From the NCBI RefSeq assembly GCF_000372725.1, contig NW_005201286.1, positions 350,953-395,034 on the forward strand: DNA of 44,082 bases, given 5' to 3'. Under the pieces are notes generated by a model. That model was not told the origin of the DNA and ran no database searches. It saw nothing but the letters and a program-made list of their open reading frames with translations. This DNA is from Emiliania huxleyi CCMP1516. Taxonomy: Eukaryota. Of the stretch, positions 33,985 through 44,082 are shown piece by piece (positions within the stretch are counted from its first letter, which is position 1; each line of letters starts with the position of its first letter). Made by a program: the position numbers and the translations under genes.

Positions 33985-35232
33985 CTACTCTGCGCTTCGG
34001 CTGCCTCCCTCCCCCTCCTTGCCCTTGTACTTTGCCTTACCAAACGAGAAGGGCACGTACCTGCGCAGCGTCGCTCGTCGTGAGGAGCGAGCGGCGAGAG
34101 CCCGAGCGCGGAGCGCGGGAGCGCGGGGCGAGGGGACGGGGGGCGGCGGGGCGGGGGGCGGGGGAGGAGGGGAGGCTCGCACTTGTATTTGATCATGTGC
34201 TTGATCTGCCGCTTCATCGTCAAGAAGAAGAGCGCGAAAAAGTACCTGCCCGAGGCAAGCGAGCGGCGCGCGTCGGCGGGGCGGGGGCCGGCTCGGCGAA
34301 GCGGGGCGACGCAGCCAAGCCGGACTGTCGCTCTGGTGGCGGAGGACTGCGTCTGCGTCGGACCGCCGCTGCTTCGGACCCCCGGGCAGGGGAGGGCGCA
34401 CATGAGGAGGATGGGCCAAAACACGGGGATGTTGAAGAGGCTGAAGAAGGTCATGCAGAAGGCCACGCAGAAGGCTTTCGTCAGCCCGTACCTACCGGTC
34501 CACCGCGCACCCTCAGACACCAGCCGCCGCGCCGCCAGAGCCGCGGCGAGACCGCGCCAGAACTTGAACTCTGGTAGCCTGCGCACAAAGGGCCGGAACT
34601 CGTCGTCCTTGGACGTCGGCAGCGTGGGTCCCTCCGTCTCCGGGTCCGTCGCCGGCGAGAGGAAGCCAATCAGCAGGTTCAGCGCATAGATCCCCAGCCC
34701 ATAGGTGATGATATACCACCCTGCGGGCGTAGCGCGGCGCAGCGGCCGGTGAGAGCACTCTGCGCAACCTCCCGCCCGCGGCCGGTGCGCAGGCGGCAGA
34801 GGCACTGCGTCCGCGGGCAGACGTCCGCGCTGGGGCGTCACAGCGCGGCTGGCGCGTGCGCGCGCAGCCAGCCACGCAGCGCACGCAGCGCACGCAGCGC
34901 ACGCAGCGCACGCAGCGCACGCAGCGCACGCAGCGCACGCAGCGCACGGAGCGCACGCAGCGCCGCACGCGAGCGCAGAGAGTGGCGGGTGGCGACACGC
35001 CGCCAGCAGCGACCAGCGGTGGTCCGGGAAGAGAGAGAAGGGAGTGCGGAGGCGCAGACGCACCGTTGATCAGGTACACGCGGAGGCAGTAGGCAAGCAT
35101 GATGAACACCGTCGCGGCCCACCTCGGAGCGGTGTGCGGCGCAGCCTTGTCCATCCAGATCTGCCAAGTGCGGCTGAAGCCGGCCTGCATTTTCCCGACG
35201 CCGCCCTCATCCAGCTCAACCTCGTCGTACAT
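33985..35232 (-). CDS. RER1: ER retrieval receptor RER1; ~4 introns
   Basis: [82 protein letters not shown]. Confidence 0.96.
34873..34962. repeat. 9-bp tandem repeat (GCACGCAGC)n in RER1 intron 1
   Basis: Directly visible. Confidence 0.9.
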
Positions 35233-35561
35233 GGCGGCGGGCAGGGAGCCAGCGCAGGCGACTGAGAGCAGGGCAGACAGAGGGCGTCAGCGTTTTGGCG
35301 CCAAGTGCGGCTCTGCGCAGGCGTCTGTGCGCGAGAGCGGGCCGGCGCGCGGCGGCAGAGGAGGCGCGGGAGATGAGACATGAGAGACCGGCCCTTAGGA
35401 GAATCGAGAGGCCGCGAGAGGGAGGGACAGGGATATGAGCGTCTAGCCTCGAGCGGGCGGCGCCAGCGTGCGGTGTTTGCGCAGAAGAAAGTGGTCAATC
35501 TCCGCCAACCAACCTGGGCTCTCGCGCGGTCAGCCGACACACCACTCGAGACGCGGCCTCC

Positions 35562-37411
35562 CTAGACTCTGCACAGGGACGGGCCGCGGCACCCCCGACT
35601 ACCTTCCCACGCCTGCGCAAGCGCGGTCCGCGTCGCCGCCCACTCCTCCTCCCGCCACCGCTCCCGCCGGAGCACGCGCACGACGGTGCGGCCTCGGACG
35701 GACGGCGCGCTCCCGTCTGCAAGCGGGCCAGCCGCCGTCCCGCCGCGGTACCTCGACTCCACGGCGAGCCACCGCCAGCCGGCCCTTGCCCACCCCTCCG
35801 CCTCCGTCGCACGCTCCTCCGCCGTATCCGCCTTGAGGTACGACCGCTCCGGGTGCACCATCACGACAGTCACGCTGGCGCAGCGTCGTCTCTGCGCGTG
35901 GCATGCGCCAGCCGAGCCGTCGGCGTGCGCCTCCTGCCAGCCGCCGTCGCCGCCATCACCATCACCACCGCCGCCGTCACCGCCGCCGCCGTCGCCGCCA
36001 TTGTCGCCCGCCTCGCACAATTCCGTCGCCCCGCACCAAACGAGGTCCTCCAGCAAACGGGCGGCATGCCCCATGCACCCCTGCGGACGCGCCGGCGGGT
36101 GGGCGTCTTGGCCGGCGCGGGTGGGGAAGCCATCTCGGAGGGCCCCGCCGCGGGCGGGGAAGCCATCTCGGAAGGGCCCCGCGCCGGCTCGAACGGAGGG
36201 TTGCACTGTACCACAACCGGCGCGCCGCCCGCAAAAGTCGTGCGGCGGAGGGTGCCCGGCGCGAGCGCATCGCCGCACGAGCCAAAAGCGGCGTCCGTGT
36301 CGGGGAATGCCGAGCAGTAGGCGTGTCGCACCGGCCTGGCGGCGGAGCGCGCGAGGCCAGCCTCGTCTAGAACCGCCGCATTGTTTAGCGGCGAGGCGAA
36401 AGCCTCGACCAGCCTCTCGGCGTCGAAGATGCGCGGGAGCGCAGCCAGGAAGCCCGCAGGACAGGCCCGCTGCCAGCCCTGCCCGCCCCGCCGCGCGCCT
36501 CCTGCCAGGCTCGCGTACCGCTGCAGCAACAGCCAGAGATCTTCCGCGAAGCAGCCGCCGCCGCGGTGGCAGCGGCGAAGTGCATCCAGGCGGTCGGCGC
36601 CTGTTCACGGACATAGACGCGTGAAGAGGCGGCCCCGGGCGAGCGCGGCGCGTCCAGCTGGCGGCGCACCCAGCATGTGAGGCTGTGCATACGGACTCCC
36701 CTCGCCAAGGGCCGCGACGAGGCTGGGGAGGGCCTCCTTGGTCAGGCTGACCAGCACCACCCCTTGCCGTGTGCTCGCCTTGATGCTGACGGCGCCGCAC
36801 TGCGGCGGCCCGCTCGTGCCGCCGAAGAGCGGCAGGCACCGCTGCGCTGACGCCAATGCCGCGCCCTGCTCCAGCAGCAGTGCGCAGCAGGCTCCGACCC
36901 TGTCCCGCACGTCCGAAGCGCAAACGGTCCCCTCCTCCCGCGCCGCCATTCTCGCCCGGTCGAGCAAGTCCTCCAACTGGACAGGGCCAGGCGACACACT
37001 CGCGGAGAGGACGTCGGCGTCGGACGGCAGGCGCTCGGCATCCACGCCCCGGCCGCGCAGAAATGACGCATACGAACCGACCAGCCGAGCGAGATTGCTT
37101 TCCGCCTTGTCCTTGGACAGCGGGCCGATCTGCAAGTGCGCATAGCTCTCGAGCACTCGCGCGCCCGCCGCGCCGTCTCCACCCAGCGGCAGCAACGGAT
37201 CGAGCCTGTCGCCAGGCGCTGCCGCGGCAAGAGAGGCGAGCTCCGCCAATATGAAGCCGTTGAAGGCCTCGCCCTGTGCAGCGAACGGGACGGTCATCGT
37301 GTCCCGCCAGAGCCTCCGGAACGTGCTGCGCCAGGACGCCAGCACGCGAGCACGCGCGCACTCTCGCTGCACGCGGTGGGAGATGGCCGGCGCCGACGAG
37401 GCTTCGGCCAT
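35562..37411 (-). CDS. PCIF1/CAPAM-like adenine-N6 methyltransferase domain protein; multi-exon
   Basis: LLQRYASL..GWQ..VEAFASPLN..YCSAFPDTDAAFGSCGD..QCNPPF match the PCIF1 catalytic motifs (FASPLN, CSAFPDTD..FGS, NPPF). Confidence 0.75.
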
Positions 37412-37565
37412 GCGCGCGAATAGGAGGCCCGTCGTCTGTGCCGGCGATGAGATTCGCCCTTGGGCTTCTTGCCGTCGTCCCCTGGGCAGCGGCAGCCGAG
37501 CCCAGCGGGTCCGCACAGGGCGAAGCGATGAGAGGGGCCCGGGAGCTCTTCGGGGGCGGGGCGGG

Positions 37566-37596
<31 letters not shown>

Positions 37597-38756
37597 TGAA
37601 GCAAGAGGCACGGCTTTTTACGCTCGGCCACCGTGTGGGGGGCCCCGTGCCGCCTACCCTTCAAGTTTCATGCATGTAGAGAAGATAAATACCAGCTGGT
37701 CGGCCGCCATTCGGGCCTCCCGGCCTGCTGCGGCGGCGCGGCCGGTCGAGGCCGGGCTCGGCCCGGCCCGCGACGGCTGGCCGCCGACGAGGGCGCTCGC
37801 GCTGCTCGTCAAGATGGCGGCGGTGGCGAGTGTGGCGATTGCGGCGACAAAAGTTCAGTCGTCAGCGCTCAGGCGTCTGTCGTCTGTCGTCTATTGTCGC
37901 ATTGCGCACACGCGTGCGCCGCGCGACCCGCGTCGCTCCGCGAGGGCATGAGCCTTCCGCGATTCGATCCCGCAGCCAAAAGCGGNNNNNNNNNNNNNNN
38001 NNNNNNNNNNNNNNNNNNNNNNNNNNNNNNNNNNNNNNNNNNNNNNNNNNNNNNNNNNNNNNNNNNNNNNNNNNNNNNNNNNNNNNNNNNNNNNNNNNNN
38101 NNNNNNNNNNNNNNNNNNNNNNNNNNNNNNNNNNNNNNNNNNNNNNNNNNNNNNNNNNNNNNNNNNNNNNNNNNNNNNNNNNNNNNNNNNNNNNNNNNNN
38201 NNNNNNNNNNNNNNNNNNNNNNNNNNNNNNNNNNNNNNNNNNNNNNNNNNNNNNNNNNNNNNNNNNNNNNNNNNNNNNNNNNNNNNNNNNNNNNNNNNNN
38301 NNNNNNNNNNNNNNNNNNNNNNNNNNNNNNNNNNNNNNNNNNNNNNNNNNNNNNNNNNNNNNNNNNNNNNNNNNNNNNNNNNNNNNNNNNNNNNNNNNNN
38401 NNNNNNNNNNNNNNNNNNNNNNNNNNNNNNNNNNNNNNNNNNNNNNNNNNNNNNNNNNNNNNNNNNNNNNNNNNNNNNNNNNNNNNNNNNNNNNNNNNNN
38501 NNNNNNNNNNNNNNNNNNNNNNNNNNNNNNNNNNNNNNNNNNNNNNNNNNNNNNNNNNNNNATGGGGCGTGGAGAGAAGCGCGCCCCCCTCCCTGGAAGC
38601 GATGTCCGCCTGCTCCATGAAGTACAGCGATCGCCACCTCGCTGGCCTCTCCGCAGGCCTCCCCGACCGCGTCGAACTCATCGGCGCGGGCTCTCTCGGC
38701 TACGGGACCGGCCCCAGCTTCGGCTGAGGGCTGACAAGCTGCCGAGCCCAAATCAC

Positions 38757-38974
38757 TGTGAGAGTCGTGATTTCTTGTTGGTTTTCAAAAATCTCTCTCT
38801 GCATGTAGAGAAGTGGCAGTCGTGATTTCTTGTTGGTTTTCAAAAATCTCTCTGCATGTAGAGAAGTGGTAGTCGTGATTTCTTGTTGGTTTTCAAAAAT
38901 CTCTCTCTGCATGTAGAGAAGTGAGTGTGAGAGTCGTGATTTCTTGTTGGTTTTCAAAAATCTCTCTCTCTGCA
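38757..38974. repeat. AT-rich tandem array, 4 units spaced 53-61 bp
   Basis: AGTCGTGATTTCTTGTTGGTTTTCAAAAATCTCTCTCTGCATGTAGAGAAGTG starting at 38763, 38818, 38871, 38932 (last copy partial). Confidence 0.92.
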
Positions 38975-39070
38975 CGACGGAAGGAGTTTTTGTATCCGCT
39001 TTCTCTCTTTTATTTGGAAGCGAGGCGGCCGGTGGCGGCGGAGCTCCGGGCGGTGGTGCAGTTGAAGGGA

Positions 39071-39143
39071 CTTGGAGCACTTGGAGTGCAGTCATTAACC
39101 GCACATCCAGGGCCGGGGGGCTAAGAAGCACACCCAGCGGGCC
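39071..39143 (+). repeat. Dispersed motif copy B
   Basis: First 34 bp identical to copy A, with further shared blocks. Confidence 0.85.
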
Positions 39144-39709
39144 GGATGATTGGCATGGACGAAGCGCTACTTGCTCAGCTGAAAGGGGGGGCTTGGACTG
39201 GGCAGCATTGTAGATCCTTGGGCGAGGCTAGGGGCGGCGAGGGTGGTGGAGCGGGCGGTCTGTCAGCGCTAAACCGCACCCGCCGGGGGGCGGGCCGGAT
39301 CTCCACGTGTTCCCAGACTGCCCCATTGGAGGTAGGCCGCTCGGAGGGAGGGGAGGAGACGACTATCTCCGCAAGAACCTCAGAGTTACGAGCGACCTCC
39401 CCTTCCCCCTTACAGGCCGAGGGGTGTGTGTGTGTTGTGTGTGTGTGTTGGTTTGTTTGTGTGAGGGCAGGGCAGGGCAGGGCGGCGGCGAGCGGCGAGC
39501 GGCGTCTGCGAGGTCGGCGGCGAAGAGAGGCGATGGTGACGTGCCACACGGTGGCAGCGTTCACGGCAGCAGCGCCGATGGCGGTCCCGCGGCGGCGGCG
39601 GCGGAGTGTCGATATTAGCGGGTAGTCGTGTGTATGTGGCGTGGTGTATTGTGTCGTGTCCGATTTTAGCTCCGAGAGTAGAGGCCTTTCGCAGACGCAG
39701 TTCGAGGTG

Positions 39710-39811
39710 GTGTCGAGGAGTGGTGTCGAGGGTGTCGAGGGTGTCGAGCGTGTCGAGCGTGTCGAGCGGGTGTCGAGTGTTGTCAAGGTGTTTAGCGTCT
39801 AAGGTGTCGAG
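39710..39811. repeat. 10-bp tandem repeat (GTGTCGAGSG)n
   Basis: Directly visible. Confidence 0.85.
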
Positions 39812-39994
39812 GTATCCAAGGTGGCAGGATGCAGTTGCAGCCCATAACAAAACTTGGGCCGCAGCTGCAAAGCTGTTTCATCGCTTAGTTGCAGCCTCTC
39901 AAAGTTGCACCCCTGTTGATGTAGCACAACCTGTGAGCACAACCAGTTTACTCTGTGGACATTTGAGGACATCAAGCTCACTAGTGCCAGGAGT

Positions 39995-40380
39995 CATTGC
40001 CACTGCACAAGGTGCTGTGCAGGCGCAGCACCTAAGGCTACAGCACACCCCATGCAGCAGCGTCGCCGCGCAGCGTCGTTCGCCCCTGCAGCGTCACCGG
40101 CGCACAAAGCGCAACTGACCACAGCGCTCATGGCACAAGGCTGGTGCCATGAGTCAGTGGACATATTGCCACTGCACAAGGTGCTGTCCAGCAGCTAAGG
40201 GCTACAGTACCCCATCGCAGCAGCGTCGCCGCCGCTGCCAGCGTCGCCGTTGCAGCGTCGCCAGTGCACAAAGCGCAATGGTCCAATGGACCACAGGTCC
40301 GCACTCATGGCACAAGCTCACTGGTGTGAGGATTCATTGCCACTGTACAAGGTGCTGTGCAGCACCTGAGGGCTACCTGA
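39995..40380. repeat. Diverged ~170 bp tandem repeat, ~2.3 units
   Basis: ATTGCCACTGYACAAGGTGCTGT recurs near 39996, 40165, 40336; GCACAAAGCGCAA and CTCATGGCACAAG recur at the same spacing. Confidence 0.8.
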
Positions 40381-41655
40381 GTACTGCCATGGTTGCTACA
40401 TTGGTCATTGCAGGGGTGCAACTGAGCTGCAACTTGAGCTAGAACTTGAGAGGCTGCAACTGAGGGATGAAAGTACTGGCAGCCAAGTATTGCTGCTGCA
40501 ACCCNNNNNNNNNNNNNNNNNNNNNNNNNNNNNNNNNNNNNNNNNNNNNNNNNNNNNNNNNNNNNNNNNNNNNNNNNNNNNNNNNNNNNNNNNNNNNNNN
40601 NNNNATTTTTGGCGGGGGGGGGGGCAGGATTTTTTCGCCCCGGGCCCCCCCCTCCTCCTGGGGGGCCAAAAAATCTATTTGCCCCCCAAGCAAACAGTGG
40701 ACCCCCAGGCCCTTCGGGGGGTTCCCCCCCCGCCGGGCCCCCAGTACGTGGAGACTTCCTCCCCCCCCGGGGAAGGGGTAACCGAGGCTTTTGCAACTGC
40801 GGTCCCCGGGTTTTAAAAGGGGGGGGGGAAGCCCAAGACGTTTCCCCCCGCGTTGAGCAACCCGAGCCCCCCCAAAGGGTGTTGCCTGCCGGGGTTCAGC
40901 CTCAGCTACTGGTTTTGGGGGGGGGTGACAGGGGGCCCGAGCGACCCGAGGGGGGGGGCCGTTTCGTTCCCCCCCCCCGCATTTTTTTTCCACGCCAAGG
41001 TTAACACGTTTGGGGGTTTGCCCCCCCCCCCCCCCCCTCTATCATCTCTGACCCAATGCCAGGTGAGCTCGGGCCTCCGGGGCGGCTGCGCATCGCCACC
41101 TGAGCTGGGCCTCCTCGCCGTTTTGGAGCTCCAACGCACATCCCGCCCCCGCCGCACCCGCTCGCACGCATGCGCCGGACGTGCACGCGCCCTGTCTTCA
41201 CTTAAGACCGCACAGCTCTCGGCCCAACTTGCGGCCGGCCTTGCGCTTGAGAGAGCGGTGGTGCTTGGGTGGTGCGGGCGCCTCAGAGAAGGATGGGATG
41301 ACCGCGAGTGGGTCACTTCTGAGAGGGGAGAGCGTGTTCTGAGGCGGGCCGGCCGCGATATATTGAAATGAGATCCCAATACAAAAGAAAAGGATACGAT
41401 AATTATCGTGTACCAAGCGACGCATTTTTTCGCGAGAAATCCGCAAGACGGGCCAACCGGACACCAGAGAAAAGTAAAAGAAAGTGACAAAAAGAAATAA
41501 AAATAAAAAATCCCGGCCGTCCACTGCCCGTGTCAGCGGCAGCCGGCACGTCCGACGAGTCGAAAAAGGAGGGGACGGCGGAGTGTAGTGTGCAAGCACC
41601 CCACTCCCCCGCCCCCCGCCCTGAGGACCCCACATGCCCGTGCCTCCCTACCTAG

Positions 41656-43338
41656 CTAGACGACATCAGAGCACCCCGTTAATTCCGATGACACCGGAAA
41701 CTCAGACGCTTTCGCACAACCCCGATACCTGCGAGCTGTGAGGAACGCAGCGGTGAACCAGGGCAGGACTGCCAGGTCAAAGCAGCACAGCGGGAAGAGG
41801 GCAAGCCGGCAACCAAAGCGCACCAGCGCGGTGATGAAGGTGGCAAAGCTAATCGCCTCGCCGCAGCCATATGCCAGGATGGCAAGGTCGGCCCTTCGCA
41901 GCGTGCCCAGAGTTAAGCCAAAGCAGGAGCTGAACGAAGCGTACATGACCGGATGAACATACTCATCATGGTGAAGGACTGATTCCCTCGGGAACAGCAG
42001 TGTGTGAATCAGTCGGAGGAAGAGGCCCACTACCGAGACGATGCAGAAGAGCGCATCGTATTTGTCTGGGGGAAGCGTCGCGATTCCGATCGCGAGAGAG
42101 CAAGCGGCGGCCAGGATGAGCTGGAGCATCGGATCTGAGCAGGCAGCAGAGAGGGCGGCTCGTGCCCTGTGATTCAGCAGATGCGAGTTTTCGGAGGTGG
42201 ACCCACTGTCCGATGGCAGCGCGCAGCACAAGTTGATGCTGACCGCGGCTATAATCGAGGCGGTGAAGATGAAGAAGTGTTTGTGCGGCTCCTGCAGCGA
42301 CACAAAGCCGAGAGGGGAGCCGCCAGAAGTCAGTGGCTCTGGGGGCGACGGCGTGGGGGATGGCGGAATAGCTGAACTAAACAACTGAGACTCCCCGCCA
42401 TCGTCGCTACCGTTGCCTAGCTCCGCTTCGATGCGATCGAGCAGCCCCTGCAGTTCTGTTAAACGCGCATCCTTTTGCAGCCTGTTGCCAGACTCGCTCA
42501 TAGCGTCAGATGCCGCAGGGTCGAGCGCCTCTTTCAGCCGCCGCAAGACCTCGCTGCGCTCGGTGGCGCTGCCGCCATAGCGAGCGAGCTCCTCCGCGGC
42601 GGACAGGGAGGTGGCCGCGATGGATGTGATCTCCGCCTCGATGCGATCACACACCCGTTTGAAGGCGTCGGACACGGTGAGTGCAAGCGGGTCCACGAGA
42701 TGGTTCAGAGTCGCGGAGGGTACGAGCGTCCCCTTGGAGAGGCGCATCTCCACCATCCCGTTGGAAGATATCCAATCTGGTGGCACGGCGTCCAGGGCGC
42801 TCAATGCGTCAGCCCTGGCCTGCTCAGCTTCCGAGGGGAGCGCCACGCCGTCTTCGCAGGACCGCGAGGCCGCTGCCGCCGACCGACCAGCAGCAAGTTC
42901 TGACTCATCTTCGATGATGACCAGCGCCGGCGGGGAGGCCCGGGTGGTGTTGTTGATGACTCGAAATCGTGGGTGGCCAACCGACCACACGCCACGCCCA
43001 CGGCTGTTCTCTGGGGAGTCAGCATGCCCCACGGTGAGTGCGCGGGTACGTCCGACGGGAACCGCAATGCCGCACCGAGAGCAGATTGGGCAAAACATGT
43101 GCCTGAAGTCGCGACCACTTCGGGTAAACTCCGTGCACCGCGATGAGTCCTTCATCAGCTGGCCGCCCCAGCAGGAGGTCACCACCACTGCAGGCGAGGC
43201 TTGTTTCGCTGCCCGCTCGCCATCCGCCGAGCTGGAGGCGCGGGAGTGGGAGGTAAAAGATGGACTATCGTCGGGCAGGTCCGGCAGGTCGAAGGGGTAG
43301 TCTGCTAGCAGGCTGCTCCAATCCTCGTCGTCCGACAT
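41656..43338 (-). CDS. Intronless 560 aa hypothetical protein: Cys-rich N-terminal domain, helical middle, ~5-6 C-terminal TM segments
   Basis: CWGG..RCTEF..FRHMFCPIC..GVWS..FRVINNT; hydrophobic stretches from FFIFTASIIAAVSI onward. Confidence 0.7.
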   Translation of the reverse strand: MSDDEDWSSLLADYPFDLPDLPDDSPSFTSHSRASSSADGERAAKQASPAVVVTSCWGGQLMKDSSRCTEFTRSGRDFRHMFCPICSRCGIAVPVGRTRALTVGHADSPENSRGRGVWSVGHPRFRVINNTTRASPPALVIIEDESELAAGRSAAAASRSCEDGVALPSEAEQARADALSALDAVPPDWISSNGMVEMRLSKGTLVPSATLNHLVDPLALTVSDAFKRVCDRIEAEITSIAATSLSAAEELARYGGSATERSEVLRRLKEALDPAASDAMSESGNRLQKDARLTELQGLLDRIEAELGNGSDDGGESQLFSSAIPPSPTPSPPEPLTSGGSPLGFVSLQEPHKHFFIFTASIIAAVSINLCCALPSDSGSTSENSHLLNHRARAALSAACSDPMLQLILAAACSLAIGIATLPPDKYDALFCIVSVVGLFLRLIHTLLFPRESVLHHDEYVHPVMYASFSSCFGLTLGTLRRADLAILAYGCGEAISFATFITALVRFGCRLALFPLCCFDLAVLPWFTAAFLTARRYRGCAKASEFPVSSELTGCSDVV

Positions 43339-44082
43339 GCCTTCGCCGCTCCTAGTTGGAACGAGTGGCGCGTGCGCGTCAGCGCATATCGGGATTCACC
43401 GCGACGCCTCAAGCAGCCCTCCCCGAGTGTGTTTTGTACTAATCTTCGCCCTCAACGACTTTCGAACATGTTTTTCTCTTTTTAATTGCTTCCGGGTGAA
43501 GGAGCACGTTGCAAGAGAGAGATTTTTAGCAATACCAAACAACTCTAACGTTGCAACGCTCGCGCAACTTGTTTGTGTGTGCGAGACCTCGCGCTGCTCA
43601 TCTAATTAATGGCTTTTGTTGGAAATCTCGCCAAGCTTTGCCTCGCCTGAGCTAATTTAAGTATAAAGAAAGAGTGACCGTGTCACTGTGCGATTTCGGG
43701 GCCGGGGTTTGTGCGTTTATGTGAATGCAGTCGATGGGATACCCCGCCAGAAGAGGCGTGCCTCGCAGCTCCTTCAATTTGACGCGGGTGGCGAGAGTCC
43801 CTTCCCGAACTCTCCCGGTTGGCGATAGGTAGACGAACAAAGGACCGATGGGCTCTGCGTCCTCAAAGACGCGTAAGGACAAGGCCAAGAGCAGCACCAT
43901 CGCTGCATGCCCGACCGACACAGCTGCAGCAAAGGCCTGCCCGACGAGACTCGACGATGGCCTGGCGCAAGTCGCGATGTTTGCAGGTCTCCGGCAGGTG
44001 ACGATGGGCGTGTTGCGCATCGACTACGACTACCAGACCAACTTGGGAGACATACTCGACCCACGATCCTTTGATTTTCGGC

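Noticed and set aside
37633..38727. Gene spanning the large gap
   Set aside because: ORFs are open only because of Ns; the short 38562-38727 fragment is unidentifiable
38757..38974. CRISPR array
   Set aside because: Units are nearly contiguous with only 2-8 nt between them, no unique spacers, no cas genes, eukaryotic context
40605..41040. G-quadruplex-rich element or Gly/Pro-rich ORFs
   Set aside because: Homopolymer-inflated sequence beside a gap, typical of a low-quality read end
43652..44020. 122 aa minus-strand ORF
   Set aside because: No motif or supporting structure; cannot be distinguished from chance

Overview
Very GC-rich, intron-containing eukaryotic draft scaffold with four N gaps. 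Composition, GC-AG donors and 10-11 bp intronic tandem repeats suggest a haptophyte such as Emiliania/Gephyrocapsa huxleyi (inference). Recognisable genes: LMBR1-family membrane protein, PhyH-type 2OG-Fe(II) dioxygenase, bacterial-type solute-binding protein, NOG2/GNL2, VTT/DedA protein, START/VASt-like protein, a secreted-type HDEL protein, DUF819 protein, F-box-like/RCC1-repeat protein, beta-tubulin, SAP + Rad7-like LRR protein, RER1, a PCIF1-like methyltransferase and an intronless Cys-domain/TM protein. Also present: a CRE-like non-LTR retrotransposon fragment, two ~120 bp MITE-like elements, a dispersed ~45-70 bp motif and several tandem arrays. The main signal is a recurring intron type. 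At least a dozen introns, mostly 63-74 nt, begin with a direct copy of the start of the next exon, followed by short simple-repeat filler (10-11-mers, AT-rich, once telomere-like). This looks like an intron-creating process of target-site duplication plus reiterative filler synthesis. All calls are by eye; exon boundaries are inferred, not transcript-verified.
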